The notes under the pieces were generated by a model. The model searched no databases and was not told the DNA's origin. It was given only the letters and a program-made list of their open reading frames with translations. Source: Auanema rhodensis (lineage: Eukaryota > Animalia > Nematoda). From it: a DNA stretch of 64,000 bases. The stretch is taken from the NCBI GenBank assembly GCA_964057225.1, contig OZ059900.1, forward strand, positions 21,886,001 to 21,950,000. The letters run 5' to 3'. This document shows, piece after piece, positions 12,001 to 25,222 of the stretch; position 1 is the first letter of the stretch; each line of letters opens with the position of its first letter. The position numbers were made by a program, and so were the translations under genes.

Positions 12001-15000
12001 AGCTAGGTTTCATTGACATTGCATGAGTTTGAACACATGAAATCGTAAGTCAAAACCTTGTTTACAGCGAAATTTCCAAAAACTGGTTTTCCAGCATAAT
12101 AAAATATTTCTCATGGGAAATACTGTGTTTTTGTATTTTTCTAGTGTTCAGCATGTTAAATGCTTCATTTTAGTATGTAACACGCTGAAATTCGTTGCAT
12201 TTGACGACTCATATGAACAAAAATCGATTTAATCAATATTAGCCATAAGGGGCGTGCCCTCAGAATATGCTAATTTCCTTAATTTTCTAACCCCTGTTTT
12301 TTTGTCGTGAAAGTGGAACTAGACGTTGTACGAACAATTTTGAGCTAGGTTTCATTAACATTGCATGAGTTTGAACACATGAAATCGTAAGTCAAAACCT
12401 TGTTTACAGCGAAATTTCCAAAAACTGGTTTTCCAGCATAATAAAATATTTCTCATGGGAAATACTGTGTTTTTGTATTTTTCTAGTGTTCAGCATGTAA
12501 AATGCTTCATTTTAGTATGTAACACGCTGAAATTCGTTGCATTTGACGACTCATATGAACAAAAATCGATTTAATCAATATTAGCCATAAGGGGCGTGCC
12601 CTCAGAATATGCTAATTTCCTTAATTTTCTAACCCCTGTTTTTTTGTCGTGAAAGTGGAACTAGACGTTGTACGAACAATTTTGAGCTAGGTTTCATTGA
12701 CATTGCATGAGTTTGAACACATGAAATCGTAAGTCAAAACCTTGTTTACAGCGAAATTTCCAAAAACTGGTTTTCCAGCATAATAAAATATTTCTCATGG
12801 GAAATACTGTGTTTTTGTATTTTTCTAGTCTTCAGCATGTAAAATGCTTCATTTTAGTATGTAACACGCTGAAATTCGTTGCATTTGACGACTCATATGA
12901 ACAAAAATCGATTTAATCAATATTAGCCATAAGGGGCGTGCCCTCAGAATATGCTAATTTCCTTAATTTTCTAACCCCTGTTTTTTTGTCGTGAAAGTGG
13001 AACTAGACGTTGTACGAACAATTTTGAGCTAAGTTTCATTGACATTGCATGAGTTTGAACACATGAAATCGTAAGTCAAAACCTTGTTTACAGCGAAATT
13101 TCCAAAAACTGGTTTTCCAGCATAATAAAATATTTCTCATGGGAAATACTGTGTTTTTGTTTTTTTCTAGTGTTCAGCATGTAAAATGCTTCATTTTAGT
13201 ATGTAACACGCTGAAATTCGTTGCATTTGACGACTCATATGAACAAAAATCGATTTAATCAATATTAGCCATAAGGGGCGTGCCCTCAGAATATACTAAT
13301 TTCCTTAATTTTCTAACCTCTGTTTTTTTGTCGTGAAAGTGGAACTAGACGTTGTACGAACAATTTTGAGCTAGGTTTCATTGACATTGCATGAGTTTGA
13401 ACACATGAAATCGTAAGTCAAAACCTTGTTTACAGCGAAATTTCCAAAAACTGGTTTTCCAGCATAATAAAATATTTCTCATGGGAAATACTGTGTTTTT
13501 GTATTTTTCTAGTGTTCAGCATGTAAAATGCTTCATTTTAGTATGTAACACGCTGAAATTCGTTGCATTTGACGACTCATATGAACCAAAATCGATTTAA
13601 TCAATATTAGCCATAAGGGGCGTGCCCTCAGAATATGCTAATTTCCTTAATTTTCTAACCCTTGTTTTTTTGTCGTGAAAGTGGAACTAGACGTTGTACG
13701 AACAATTTTGAGCTAGGTTTCATTGACATTGCATGAGTTTGAACACATGAAATCGTAAGTCAAAACCTTGTTTACAGCGAAATTTCCAAAAACTGGTTTT
13801 CCAGCATAATAAAATATTTCTCATGGGAAATACTGTGTTTTTGTATTTTTCTAGTGTTCAGCATGTAAAATGCTTCATTTTAGTATGTAACACGCTGAAA
13901 TTCGTTGCATTTGACGACTCATATGAACAAAAATCGATTTAATCAATATTAGCCATAAGGGGCGTGCCCTCAGAATATGCTAATTTCCTTAATTTTCTAA
14001 CCCCTGTTTTTTTGTCGTGAAAGTGGAACTAGACGTTGTACAAACAATTTTGAGCTAGGTTTCATTGACATTGCATGAGTTTGAACACATGAAATCGTAA
14101 GTCAAAACCTTGTTTACAGCGAAATTTCCAAAAACTGGTTTTCCAGCATAATAAAATATTTCTCATGGGAAATACTGTGTTTTTGTATTTTTCTAGTGTT
14201 CAGCATGTAAAATGCTTCATTTTAGTATGTAACACGCTGAAATTCGTTGCATTTGACGACTCATATGAACAAAAATCGATTTAATCAATATTAGCCATAA
14301 GGGGCGTGCCCTCAGAATATGCTAATTTCCTTAATTTTCTAACCCCTGTTTTTTTGTCGTGAAAGTGGAACTAGACGTTGTACAAACAATTTTGAGCTAG
14401 GTTTCATTGACATTGCATGAGTTTGAACACATGAAATCGTAAGTCAAAACCTTGTTTACAGCGAAATTTCCAAAAACTGGTTTTCCAGCATAATAAAATA
14501 TTTCTCATGGGAAATACTGTGTTTTTGTATTTTTCTAGTGTTCAGCATGTAAAATGCTTCATTTTAGTATGTAACACGCTGAAATTCGTTGCATTTGACG
14601 ACTCATATGAACAAAAATCGATTTAATCAATATTAGCCATAAGGGGCGTGCCCTCAGAATATACTAATTTCCTTAATTTTCTAACCCCTGTTTTTTTGTC
14701 GTGAAAGTGGAACTAGACGTTGTACGAACAATTTTGAGCTAGGTTTCATTGACATTGCATGAGTTTGAACACATGAAATCGTAAGTCAAAACCTTGTTTA
14801 CAGCGAAATTTCCAAAAACTGGTTTTCCAGCATAATAAAATATTTCTCATGGGAAATACTGTGTTTTTGTATTTTTCTAGTGTTCAGCATGTAAAATGCT
14901 TCATTTTAGTATGTAACACGCTGAAATTCGTTGCATTTGACGACTCATATGAACCAAAATCGATTTAATCAATATTAGCCATAAGGGGCGTGCCCTCAGA

Positions 15001-16133
15001 ATATGCTAATTTCCTTAATTTTCTAACCCTTGTTTTTTTGTCGTGAAAGTGGAACTAGACGTTGTACGATTAATTTTGAGCTAGGTTTCATTGACATTGC
15101 ATGAGTTTGAACACATGAAATCGTAAGTCAAAACCTTGTTTACAGCGAAATTTCCAAAAACTGGTTTTCCAGCATAATAAAATATTTCTCATGGGAAATA
15201 CTGTGTTTTTGTATTTTTCTAGTGTTCAGCATGTAAAATGCTTCATTTTAGTATGTAACACGCTGAAATTCGTTGCATTTGACGACTCATATGAACAAAA
15301 ATCGATTTAATCAATATTAGCCATAAGGGGCGTGCCCTCAGAATATGCTAATTTCCTTAATTTTCTAACCCCTGTTTTTTTGTCGTGAAAGTGGAACTAG
15401 ACGTTGTACGAACAATTTTGAGCTAAGTTTCATTGACATTGCATGAGTTTGAACACATGAAATCGTAAGTCAAAACCTTGTTTACAGCGAAATTTCCAAA
15501 AACTGGTTTTCCAGCATAATAAAATATTTCTCATGGGAAATACTGTGTTTTTGTATTTTTCTAGTGTTCAGCATGTAAAATGCTTCATTTTAGTATGTAA
15601 CACGCTGAAATTCGTTGCATTTGACGACTCATATGAACCAAAATCGATTTAATCAATATTAGCCATAAGGGGCGTGCCCTCAGAATATGCTAATTTCCTT
15701 AATTTTCTAACCCTTGTTTTTTTGTCGTGAAAGTGGAACTAGACGTTGTACGATTAATTTTGAGCTAGGTTTCATTGACATTGCATGAGTTTGAACACAT
15801 GAAATCGTAAGTCAAAACCTTGTTTACAGCGAAATTTCCAAAAACTGGTTTTCCAGCATAATAAAATATTTCTCATGGGAAATACTGTGTTTTTGTATTT
15901 TTCTAGTGTTCAGCATGTAAAATGCTTCATTTTAGTATGTAACACGCTGAAATTCGTTGCATTTGACGACTCATATGAACAAAAATCGATTTAATCAATA
16001 TTAGCCATAAGGGGCGTGCCCTCAGAATATGCTAATTTCCTTAATTTTCTAACCCCTGTTTTTTTGTCGTGAAAGTGGAACTAGACGTTGTACGAACAAT
16101 TTTGAGCTAAGTTTCATTGACATTGCATGAGTT
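1..16133 (+). repeat. Satellite DNA array, 342-bp monomer, left contig (47 full monomers plus 59 bp, no length variants)
   Basis: The monomer start GTGGAACTAG (or a 1-nt variant) recurs at 1, 343, 685 ... 16075 (=1+47x342). Differences between units are substitutions only. Confidence 0.98.
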
Positions 16134-16333
16134 NNNNNNNNNNNNNNNNNNNNNNNNNNNNNNNNNNNNNNNNNNNNNNNNNNNNNNNNNNNNNNNNNNN
16201 NNNNNNNNNNNNNNNNNNNNNNNNNNNNNNNNNNNNNNNNNNNNNNNNNNNNNNNNNNNNNNNNNNNNNNNNNNNNNNNNNNNNNNNNNNNNNNNNNNNN
16301 NNNNNNNNNNNNNNNNNNNNNNNNNNNNNNNNN
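16134..16333. other. Assembly gap (200 N), probably a fixed-size scaffolding placeholder
   Basis: Exactly 200 N. The left side stops at monomer position 59 and the right side resumes at position 209, so 200 bp does not keep the 342-bp phase. Confidence 0.95.
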
Positions 16334-16467
16334 AACACGCTGAAATTCGTTGCATTTGACGACTCATATGAACAAAAATCGATTTAATCAATATTAGCCA
16401 TAAGGGGCGTGCCCTCAGAATATACTAATTTCCTTAATTTTCTAACCCCTGTTTTTTTGTCGTGAAA

Positions 16468-16958
16468 GTGGAACTAGACGTTGTACGAACAATTTTGAGC
16501 TAGGTTTCATTGACATTGCATGAGTTTGAACACATGAAATCGTAAGTCAAAGCCTTGTTTACAGCGAAATTTCCAAAAACTGGTTTTCCAGCATAATAAA
16601 ATATTTCTCATGGGAAATACTGTGTTTTTGTATTTTTCTAGTGTTCAGCATGTAAAATCCTTCATTTTAGTATGTAACACGCTGAAATTCGTTGCATTTG
16701 ACAACTCATATGAACAAAAATCGATTTAATCAATATTAGCCATAATAAAATATTTCTCATGGGAAATACTGTGTTTTTGTATTTTTCTAGTGTTCAGCAT
16801 GTAAAATGCTTCATTTTAGTATGTAACACGCTGAAATTCGTTGCATTTGACGACTCATATGAACAAAAATCGATTTAATCAATATTAGCCATAAGGGGCG
16901 TGCCCTCAGAATATACTAATTTCCTTAATTTTCTAACCCCTGTTTTTTTGTCGTGAAA
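16468..16958 (+). repeat. First 491-bp variant unit: internal tandem duplication of monomer positions 130-278 (16597-16745 / 16746-16894)
   Basis: Junction ATTAGCCATAA|TAAAATATTTC instead of GCCATAAGGGG. The same junction occurs in units starting 17985, 19304, 20479, 23022, 35182, 35673, 36164, 36997, 38513, 39004, 39495, 39986, 40819, 43020, 43853, 44344, 47913, 48746, 50263, 51096, 51587, 55156, 55989, 57505, 57996, 58487, 58978, 59811, 60986 and 61819. Confidence 0.95.
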
Positions 16959-18916
16959 GTGGAACTAGACGTTGTACGAACAATTTTGAGCTAGGTTTCA
17001 TTGACATTGCATGAGTTTGAACACATGAAATCGTAAGTCAAAACCTTGTTTACAGCGAAATTTCCAAAAACTGGTTTTCCAGCATAATAAAATATTTCTC
17101 ATGGGAAATACTGTGTTTTTGTATTTTTCTAGTGTTCAGCATGTAAAATGCTTCATTTTAGTATGTAACACGCTGAAATTCGTTGCATTTGACGACTCAT
17201 ATGAACAAAAATCGATTTAATCAATATTAGCCATAAGGGGCGTGCCCTCAGAATATACTAATTTCCTTAATTTTCTAACCCCTGTTTTTTTGTCGTGAAA
17301 GTGGAACTAGACGTTGTACGAACAATTTTGAGCTAGGTTTCATTGACATTGCATGAGTTTGAACACATGAAATCGTAAGTCAAAACCTTGTTTACAGCGA
17401 AATTTCCAAAAACTGGTTTTCCAGCATAATAAAATATTTCTCATGGGAAATACTGTGTTTTTGTATTTTTCTAGTGTTCAGCATGTAAAATGCTTCATTT
17501 TAGTATGTAACACGCTGAAATTCGTTGCATTTGACGACTCATATGAACAAAAATCGATTTAATCAATATTAGCCATAAGGGGCGTGCCCTCAGAATATGC
17601 TAATTTCCTTAATTTTCTAACCCCTGTTTTTTTGTCGTGAAAGTGGAACTAGACGTTGTACGAACAATTTTGAGCTAAGTTTCATTGACATTGCATGAGT
17701 TTGAACACATGAAATCGTAAGTCAAAACCTTGTTTACAGCGAAATTTCCAAAAACTGGTTTTCCAGCATAATAAAATATTTCTCATGGGAAATACTGTGT
17801 TTTTGTTTTTTTCTAGTGTTCAGCATGTAAAATGCTTCATTTTAGTATGTAACACGCTGAAATTCGTTGCATTTGACGACTCATATGAACAAAAATCGAT
17901 TTAATCAATATTAGCCATAAGGGGCGTGCCCTCAGAATATACTAATTTCCTTAATTTTCTAACCCCTGTTTTTTTGTCGTGAAAGTGGAACTAGACGTTG
18001 TACGAACAATTTTGAGCTAGGTTTCATTGACATTGCATGAGTTTGAACACATGAAATCGTAAGTCAAAGCCTTGTTTACAGCGAAATTTCCAAAAACTGG
18101 TTTTCCAGCATAATAAAATATTTCTCATGGGAAATACTGTGTTTTTGTATTTTTCTAGTGTTCAGCATGTAAAATCCTTCATTTTAGTATGTAACACGCT
18201 GAAATTCGTTGCATTTGACAACTCATATGAACAAAAATCGATTTAATCAATATTAGCCATAATAAAATATTTCTCATGGGAAATACTGTGTTTTTGTATT
18301 TTTCTAGTGTTCAGCATGTAAAATGATTCATTTTAGTATGTAACACGCTGAAATTCGTTGCATTTGACGACTCATATGAACAAAAATCGATTTAATCAAT
18401 ATTAGCCATAAGGGGCGTGCCCTCAGAATATGCTAATTTCCTTAATTTTCTAACCCCTGTTTTTTTGTCGTGAAAGTGGAACTAGACGTTGTACGAACAA
18501 TTTTGAGCTAGGTTTCATTGACATTGCATGAGTTTGAACACATGAAATCGTAAGTCAAAACCTTGTTTACAGCGAAATTTCCAAAAACTGGTTTTCCAGC
18601 ATAATAAAATATTTCTCATGGGAAATACTGTGTTTTTGTATTTTTCTAGTGTTCAGCATGTAAAATGCTTCATTTTAGTATGTAACACGCTGAAGTTCGT
18701 TGCATTTGACGACTCATATGAACAAAAATCGATTTAATCAATATTAGCCATAAGGGGCGTGCCCTCAGAATATGCTAATTTCCTTAACTTTCTAACCCCT
18801 GTTTTTTGTCGTGAAAGTGGAACTAGACGTTGTACGAACAATTTTGAGCTAAGTTTCATTGACATTGCATGAGTTTGAACACATGAAATCGTAAGTCAAA
18901 ACCTTGTTTACAGCGA

Positions 18917-19160
18917 TTTCAGCGTGTTACATACTAAAATGAAGCATTTCACATGCTGAACACTAGAAAAATACAAAAACACAGTATTTCCCATGAGAAA
19001 TATTTTATTATGCTGGAAAACCAGTTTTTGGAAATTTCGCTGTAAACAAGGTTTTGACTTACGATTTCATGTGGTCAAACTCATGCAATGTCAATGAAAC
19101 TTAGCTCAAAATTGTTCGTACAACGTCTAGTTCCACTTTCACGACAAAAAAACAGGGGTT
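18917..19160 (-). repeat. Inverted satellite segment (244 bp), copy 1, in the 487-bp unit 18817-19303
   Basis: TTTCAGCGTGTTACATAC...GTTCCACTTTCACGACAAAAAAACAGGGGTT is the reverse complement of monomer positions 319-342 plus 1-220. This copy has two private substitutions. Confidence 0.95.
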
Positions 19161-20136
19161 TGAAATACTGTGACGCTGAAATTCGTTGCATTTGACGACT
19201 CATATGAACAAAAATCGATTTAATCAATATTAGCCATAAGGGGCGTGCCCTCAGAATATGCTAATTTCCTTAATTTTCTAACCCCTGTTTTTTTGTCGTG
19301 AAAGTGGAACTAGACGTTGTACGAACAATTTTGAGCTAGGTTTCATTGACATTGCATGAGTTTGAACACATGAAATCGTAAGTCAAAGCCTTGTTTACAG
19401 CGAAATTTCCAAAAACTGGTTTTCCAGCATAATAAAATATTTCTCATGGGAAATACTGTGTTTTTGTATTTTTCTAGTGTTCAGCATGTAAAATCCTTCA
19501 TTTTAGTATGTAACACGCTGAAATTCGTTGCATTTGACAACTCATATGAACAAAAATCGATTTAATCAATATTAGCCATAATAAAATATTTCTCATGGGA
19601 AATACTGTGTTTTTGTATTTTTCTAGTGTTCAGCATGTAAAATGATTCATTTTAGTATGTAACACGCTGAAATTCGTTGCATTTGACGACTCATATGAAC
19701 AAAAATCGATTTAATCAATATTAGCCATAAGGGGCGTGCCCTCAGAATATGCTAATTTCCTTAATTTTCTAACCCCTGTTTTTTTGTCGTGAAAGTGGAA
19801 CTAGACGTTGTACGAACAATTTTGAGCTAAGTTTCATTGACATTGCATGAGTTTGAACACATGAAATCGTAAGTCAAAACCTTGTTTACAGCGAAATTTC
19901 CAAAAACTGGTTTTCCAGCATAATAAAATATTTCTCATGGGAAATACTGTGTTTTTGTTTTTTTCTAGTGTTCAGCATGTAAAATGCTTCATTTTAGTAT
20001 GTAACACGCTGAAATTCGTTGCATTTGACGACTCATATGAACAAAAATCGATTTAATCAATATTAGCCATAAGGGGCGTGCCCTCAGAATATACTAATTT
20101 CCTTAATTTTCTAACCCCTGTTTTTTTGTCGTGAAA

Positions 20137-23100
20137 GTGGAACTAGACGTTGTACGAACAATTTTGAGCTAGGTTTCATTGACATTGCATGAGTTTGAAC
20201 ACATGAAATCGTAAGTCAAAACCTTGTTTACAGCGAAATTTCCAAAAACTGGTTTTCCAGCATAATAAAATATTTCTCATGGGAAATACTGTGTTTTTGT
20301 ATTTTTCTAGTGTTCAGCATGTAAAATGCTTCATTTTAGTATGTAACACGCTGAAATTCGTTGCATTTGACGACTCATATGAACAAAAATCGATTTAATC
20401 AATATTAGCCATAAGGGGCGTGCCCTCAGAATATGCTAATTTCCTTAATTTTCTAACCCCTGTTTTTTTGTCGTGAAAGTGGAACTAGACGTTGTACGAA
20501 CAATTTTGAGCTAAGTTTCATTGACATTGCATGAGTTTGAACACATGAAATCGTAAGTCAAAACCTTGTTTACAGCGAAATTTCCAAAAACTGGTTTTCC
20601 AGCATAATAAAATATTTCTCATGGGAAATACTGTGTTTTTGTATTTTTCTAGTGTTCAGCATGTAAAATGCTTCATTTTAGTATGTAACACGCTGAAATT
20701 CGTTGCATTTGACAACTCATATGAACAAAAATCGATTTAATCAATATTAGCCATAATAAAATATTTCTCATGGGAAATACTGTGTTTTTGTATTTTTCTA
20801 GTGTTCAGCATGTAAAATGCTTCATTTTAGTATGTAACACGCTGAAATTTGTTGCATTTGACGACTCATATGAACAAAAATCGATTTAATCAATATTAGC
20901 CATAAGGGGCGTGCCCTCAGAATATACTAATTTCCTTAATTTTCTAACCCCTGTTTTTTTGTCGTGAAAGTGGAACTAGACGTTGTACGAACAATTTTGA
21001 GCTAGGTTTCATTGACATTGCATGAGTTTGAACACATGAAATCGTAAGTCAAAACCTTGTTTACAGCGAAATTTCCAAAAACTGGTTTTCCAGCATAATA
21101 AAATATTTCTCATGGGAAATACTGTGTTTTTGTATTTTTCTAGTGTTCAGCATGTAAAATGCTTCATTTTAGTATGTAACACGCTGAAATTCGTTGCATT
21201 TGACGACTCATATGAACAAAAATCGATTTAATCATTATTAGCCATAAGGGGCGTGCCCTCAGAATATGCTAATTTCCTTAATTTTCTAACCCCTGTTTTT
21301 TTGTCGTGAAAGTGGAACTAGACGTTGTACGAACAATTTTGAGTTAGGTTTCATTGACATTGCATGAGTTTGAACACATGAAATCGTAAGTCAAAACCTT
21401 GTTTACAGCGAAATTTCCAAAAACTGGTTTTCCAGCATAATAAAATATTTCTCATGGGAAATACTGTGTTTTTGTATTTTTCTAGTGTTCAGCATGTAAA
21501 ATGCTTCATTTTAGTATGTAACACGCTGAAATTCGTTGCATTTGACGACTCATATGAACAAAAATCGATTTAATCAATATTAGCCATAAGGGGCGTGCCC
21601 TCAGAATATGCTAATTTCCTTAATTTTCTAACCCCTGTTTTTTTGTCGTGAAAGTGGAACTAGACGTTGTACGAACAATTTTGAGCTAGGTTTCATTGAC
21701 ATTGCATGAGTTTGAACACATGAAATCGTAAGTCAAAACATTGTTTACAGCGAAATTTCCAAAAACTGGTTTTCCAGCATAATAAAATATTTCTCATGGG
21801 AAATACTGTGTTTTTGTATTTTTCTAGTGTTCAGCATGTAAAATGCTTCATTTTAGTATGTAACACGCTGAAATTCGTTGCATTTGACGACTCATATGAA
21901 CAAAAATCGATTTAATCAATATTAGCCATAAGGGGCGTGCCCTCAGAATATACTAATTTCCTTAATTTTCTAACCCCTGTTTTTTTGTCGTGAAAGTGGA
22001 ACTAGACGTTGTACGAACAATTTTGAGCTAGGTTTCATTGACATTGCATGAGTTTGAACACATGCAATCGTAAGTCAAAACCTTGTTTACAGCGAAATTT
22101 CCAAAAACTGGTTTTCCAGCATAATAAAATATTTCTCATGGGAAATACTGTGTTTTTGTATTTTTCTAGTGTTCAGCATGTAAAATGCTTCATTTTAGTA
22201 TGTAACACGCTGAAATTCGTTGCATTTGACGACTCATATGAACAAAAATCGATTTAATCAATATTAGCCATAAGGGGCGTGCCCTCAGAATATGCTAATT
22301 TCCTTAATTTTCTAACCCCTGTTTTTTTGTCGTGAAAGTGGAACTAGACGTTGTACGAACAATTTTGAGCTAAGTTTCATTGACATTGCATGAGTTTGAA
22401 CACATGAAATCGTATGTCAAAACCTTGTTTACAGCGAAATTTCCAAAAACTGGTTTTCCAGCATAATAAAATATTTCTCATGGGAAATACTGTGTTTTTG
22501 TTTTTTTCTAGTGTTCAGCATGTAAAATGCTTCATTTTAGTATGTAACACGCTGAAATTCGTTGCATTTGACGACTCATATGAACAAAAATCGATTTAAT
22601 CAATATTAGCCATAAGGGGCGTGCCCTCAGAATATACTAATTTCCTTAATTTTCTAACCCCTGTTTTTTTGTCGTGAAAGTAGAACTAGACGTTGTACGA
22701 ACAATTTTGAGCTAGGTTTCATTGACATTGCATGAGTTTGAACACATGAAATCGTAAGTCAAAACCTTGTTTACAGCGAAATTTCCAAAAACTGGTTTTC
22801 CAGCATAATAAAATATTTCTCATGGGAAATACTGTGTTTTTGTATTTTTCTAGTGTTCAGCATGTAAAATGCTTCATTTTAGTATGTAACACGCTGAAAT
22901 TCGTTGCATTTGACGACTCATATGAACAAAAATCGATTTAATCAATATTAGCCATAAGGGGCGTGCCCTCAGAATATGCTAATTTCCTTAATTTTCTAAC
23001 CCCTGTTTTTTTGTCGTGAAAGTGGAACTAGACGTTGTACGAACAATTTTGAGCTAAGTTTCATTGACATTGCATGAGTTTGAACACATGAAATCGTAAG

Positions 23101-25222
23101 TCAAAACCTTGTTTACAGCGAAATTTCCAAAAACTGGTTTTCCAGCATAATAAAATATTTCTCATGGGAAATACTGTGTTTTTGTATTTTTCTAGTGTTC
23201 AGCATGTAAAATGCTTCATTTTAGTATGTAACACGCTGAAATTCGTTGCATTTGACAACTCATATGAACAAAAATCGATTTAATCAATATTAGCCATAAT
23301 AAAATATTTCTCATGGGAAATACTGTGTTTTTGTATTTTTCTAGTGTTCAGCATGTAAAATGCTTCATTTTAGTATGTAACACGCTGAAATTTGTTGCAT
23401 TTGACGACTCATATGAACAAAAATCGATTTAATCAATATTAGCCATAAGGGGCGTGCCCTCAGAATATACTAATTTCCTTAATTTTCTAACCCCTGTTTT
23501 TTTGTCGTGAAAGTGGAACTAGACGTTGTACGAACAATTTTGAGCTAGGTTTCATTGACATTGCATGAGTTTGAACACATGAAATCGTAAGTCAAAACCT
23601 TGTTTACAGCGAAATTTCCAAAAACTGGTTTTCCAGCATAATAAAATATTTCTCATGGGAAATACTGTGTTTTTGTATTTTTCTAGTGTTCAGCATGTAA
23701 AATGCTTCATTTTAGTATGTAACACGCTGAAATTCGTTGCATTTGACGACTCATATGAACAAAAATCGATTTAATCATTATTAGCCATAAGGGGCGTGCC
23801 CTCAGAATATGCTAATTTCCTTAATTTTCTAACCCCTGTTTTTTTGTCGTGAAAGTGGAACTAGACGTTGTACGAACAATTTTGAGTTAGGTTTCATTGA
23901 CATTGCATGAGTTTGAACACATGAAATCGTAAGTCAAAACCTTGTTTACAGCGAAATTTCCAAAAACTGGTTTTCCAGCATAATAAAATATTTCTCATGG
24001 GAAATACTGTGTTTTTGTATTTTTCTAGTGTTCAGCATGTAAAATGCTTCATTTTAGTATGTAACACGCTGAAATTCGTTGCATTTGACGACTCATATGA
24101 ACAAAAATCGATTTAATCAATATTAGCCATAAGGGGCGTGCCCTCAGAATATGCTAATTTCCTTAATTTTCTAACCCCTGTTTTTTTGTCGTGAAAGTGG
24201 AACTAGACGTTGTACGAACAATTTTGAGCTAGGTTTCATTGACATTGCATGAGTTTGAACACATGAAATCGTAAGTCAAAACCTTGTTTACAGCGAAATT
24301 TCCAAAAACTGGTTTTCCAGCATAATAAAATATTTCTCATGGGAAATACTGTGTTTTTGTATTTTTCTAGTGTTCAGCATGTAAAATGCTTCATTTTAGT
24401 ATGTAACACGCTGAAATTCGTTGCATTTGACGACTCATATGAACAAAAATCGATTTAATCAATATTAGCCATAAGGGGCGTGCCCTCAGAATATACTAAT
24501 TTCCTTAATTTTCTAACCCCTGTTTTTTTGTCGTGAAAGTGGAACTAGACGTTGTACGAACAATTTTGAGCTAGGTTTCATTGACATTGCATGAGTTTGA
24601 ACACATGCAATCGTAAGTCAAAACCTTGTTTACAGCGAAATTTCCAAAAACTGGTTTTCCAGCATAATAAAATATTTCTCATGGGAAATACTGTGTTTTT
24701 GTATTTTTCTAGTGTTCAGCATGTAAAATGCTTCATTTTAGTATGTAACACGCTGAAATTCGTTGCATTTGACGACTCATATGAACAAAAATCGATTTAA
24801 TCAATATTAGCCATAAGGGGCGTGCCCTCAGAATATGCTAATTTCCTTAATTTTCTAACCCCTGTTTTTTTGTCGTGAAAGTGGAACTAGACGTTGTACG
24901 AACAATTTTGAGCTAAGTTTCATTGACATTGCATGAGTTTGAACACATGAAATCGTATGTCAAAACCTTGTTTACAGCGAAATTTCCAAAAACTGGTTTT
25001 CCAGCATAATAAAATATTTCTCATGGGAAATACTGTGTTTTTGTTTTTTTCTAGTGTTCAGCATGTAAAATGCTTCATTTTAGTATGTAACACGCTGAAA
25101 TTCGTTGCATTTGACGACTCATATGAACAAAAATCGATTTAATCAATATTAGCCATAAGGGGCGTGCCCTCAGAATATACTAATTTCCTTAATTTTCTAA
25201 CCCCTGTTTTTTTGTCGTGAAA
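20137..25222 (+). repeat. Higher-order repeat, 2 x 2543 bp (6x342 + 491)
   Basis: Duplication junctions at 20757 and 23300, and SNP-created ORFs at 22048/24591 and 22414/24957, are all 2543 bp apart. The order of variant monomers is the same in both copies. Confidence 0.88.

Noticed and set aside
16133-16334. The phase deficit across the gap (149 bp) equals the duplication length
   Set aside because: The missing positions are 60-208, not 130-278, and contig ends are arbitrary, so I treat it as coincidence.
16107-16391. Four ORFs of 74-94 aa in the ORF track
   Set aside because: They consist almost entirely of X residues from the 200-N gap.
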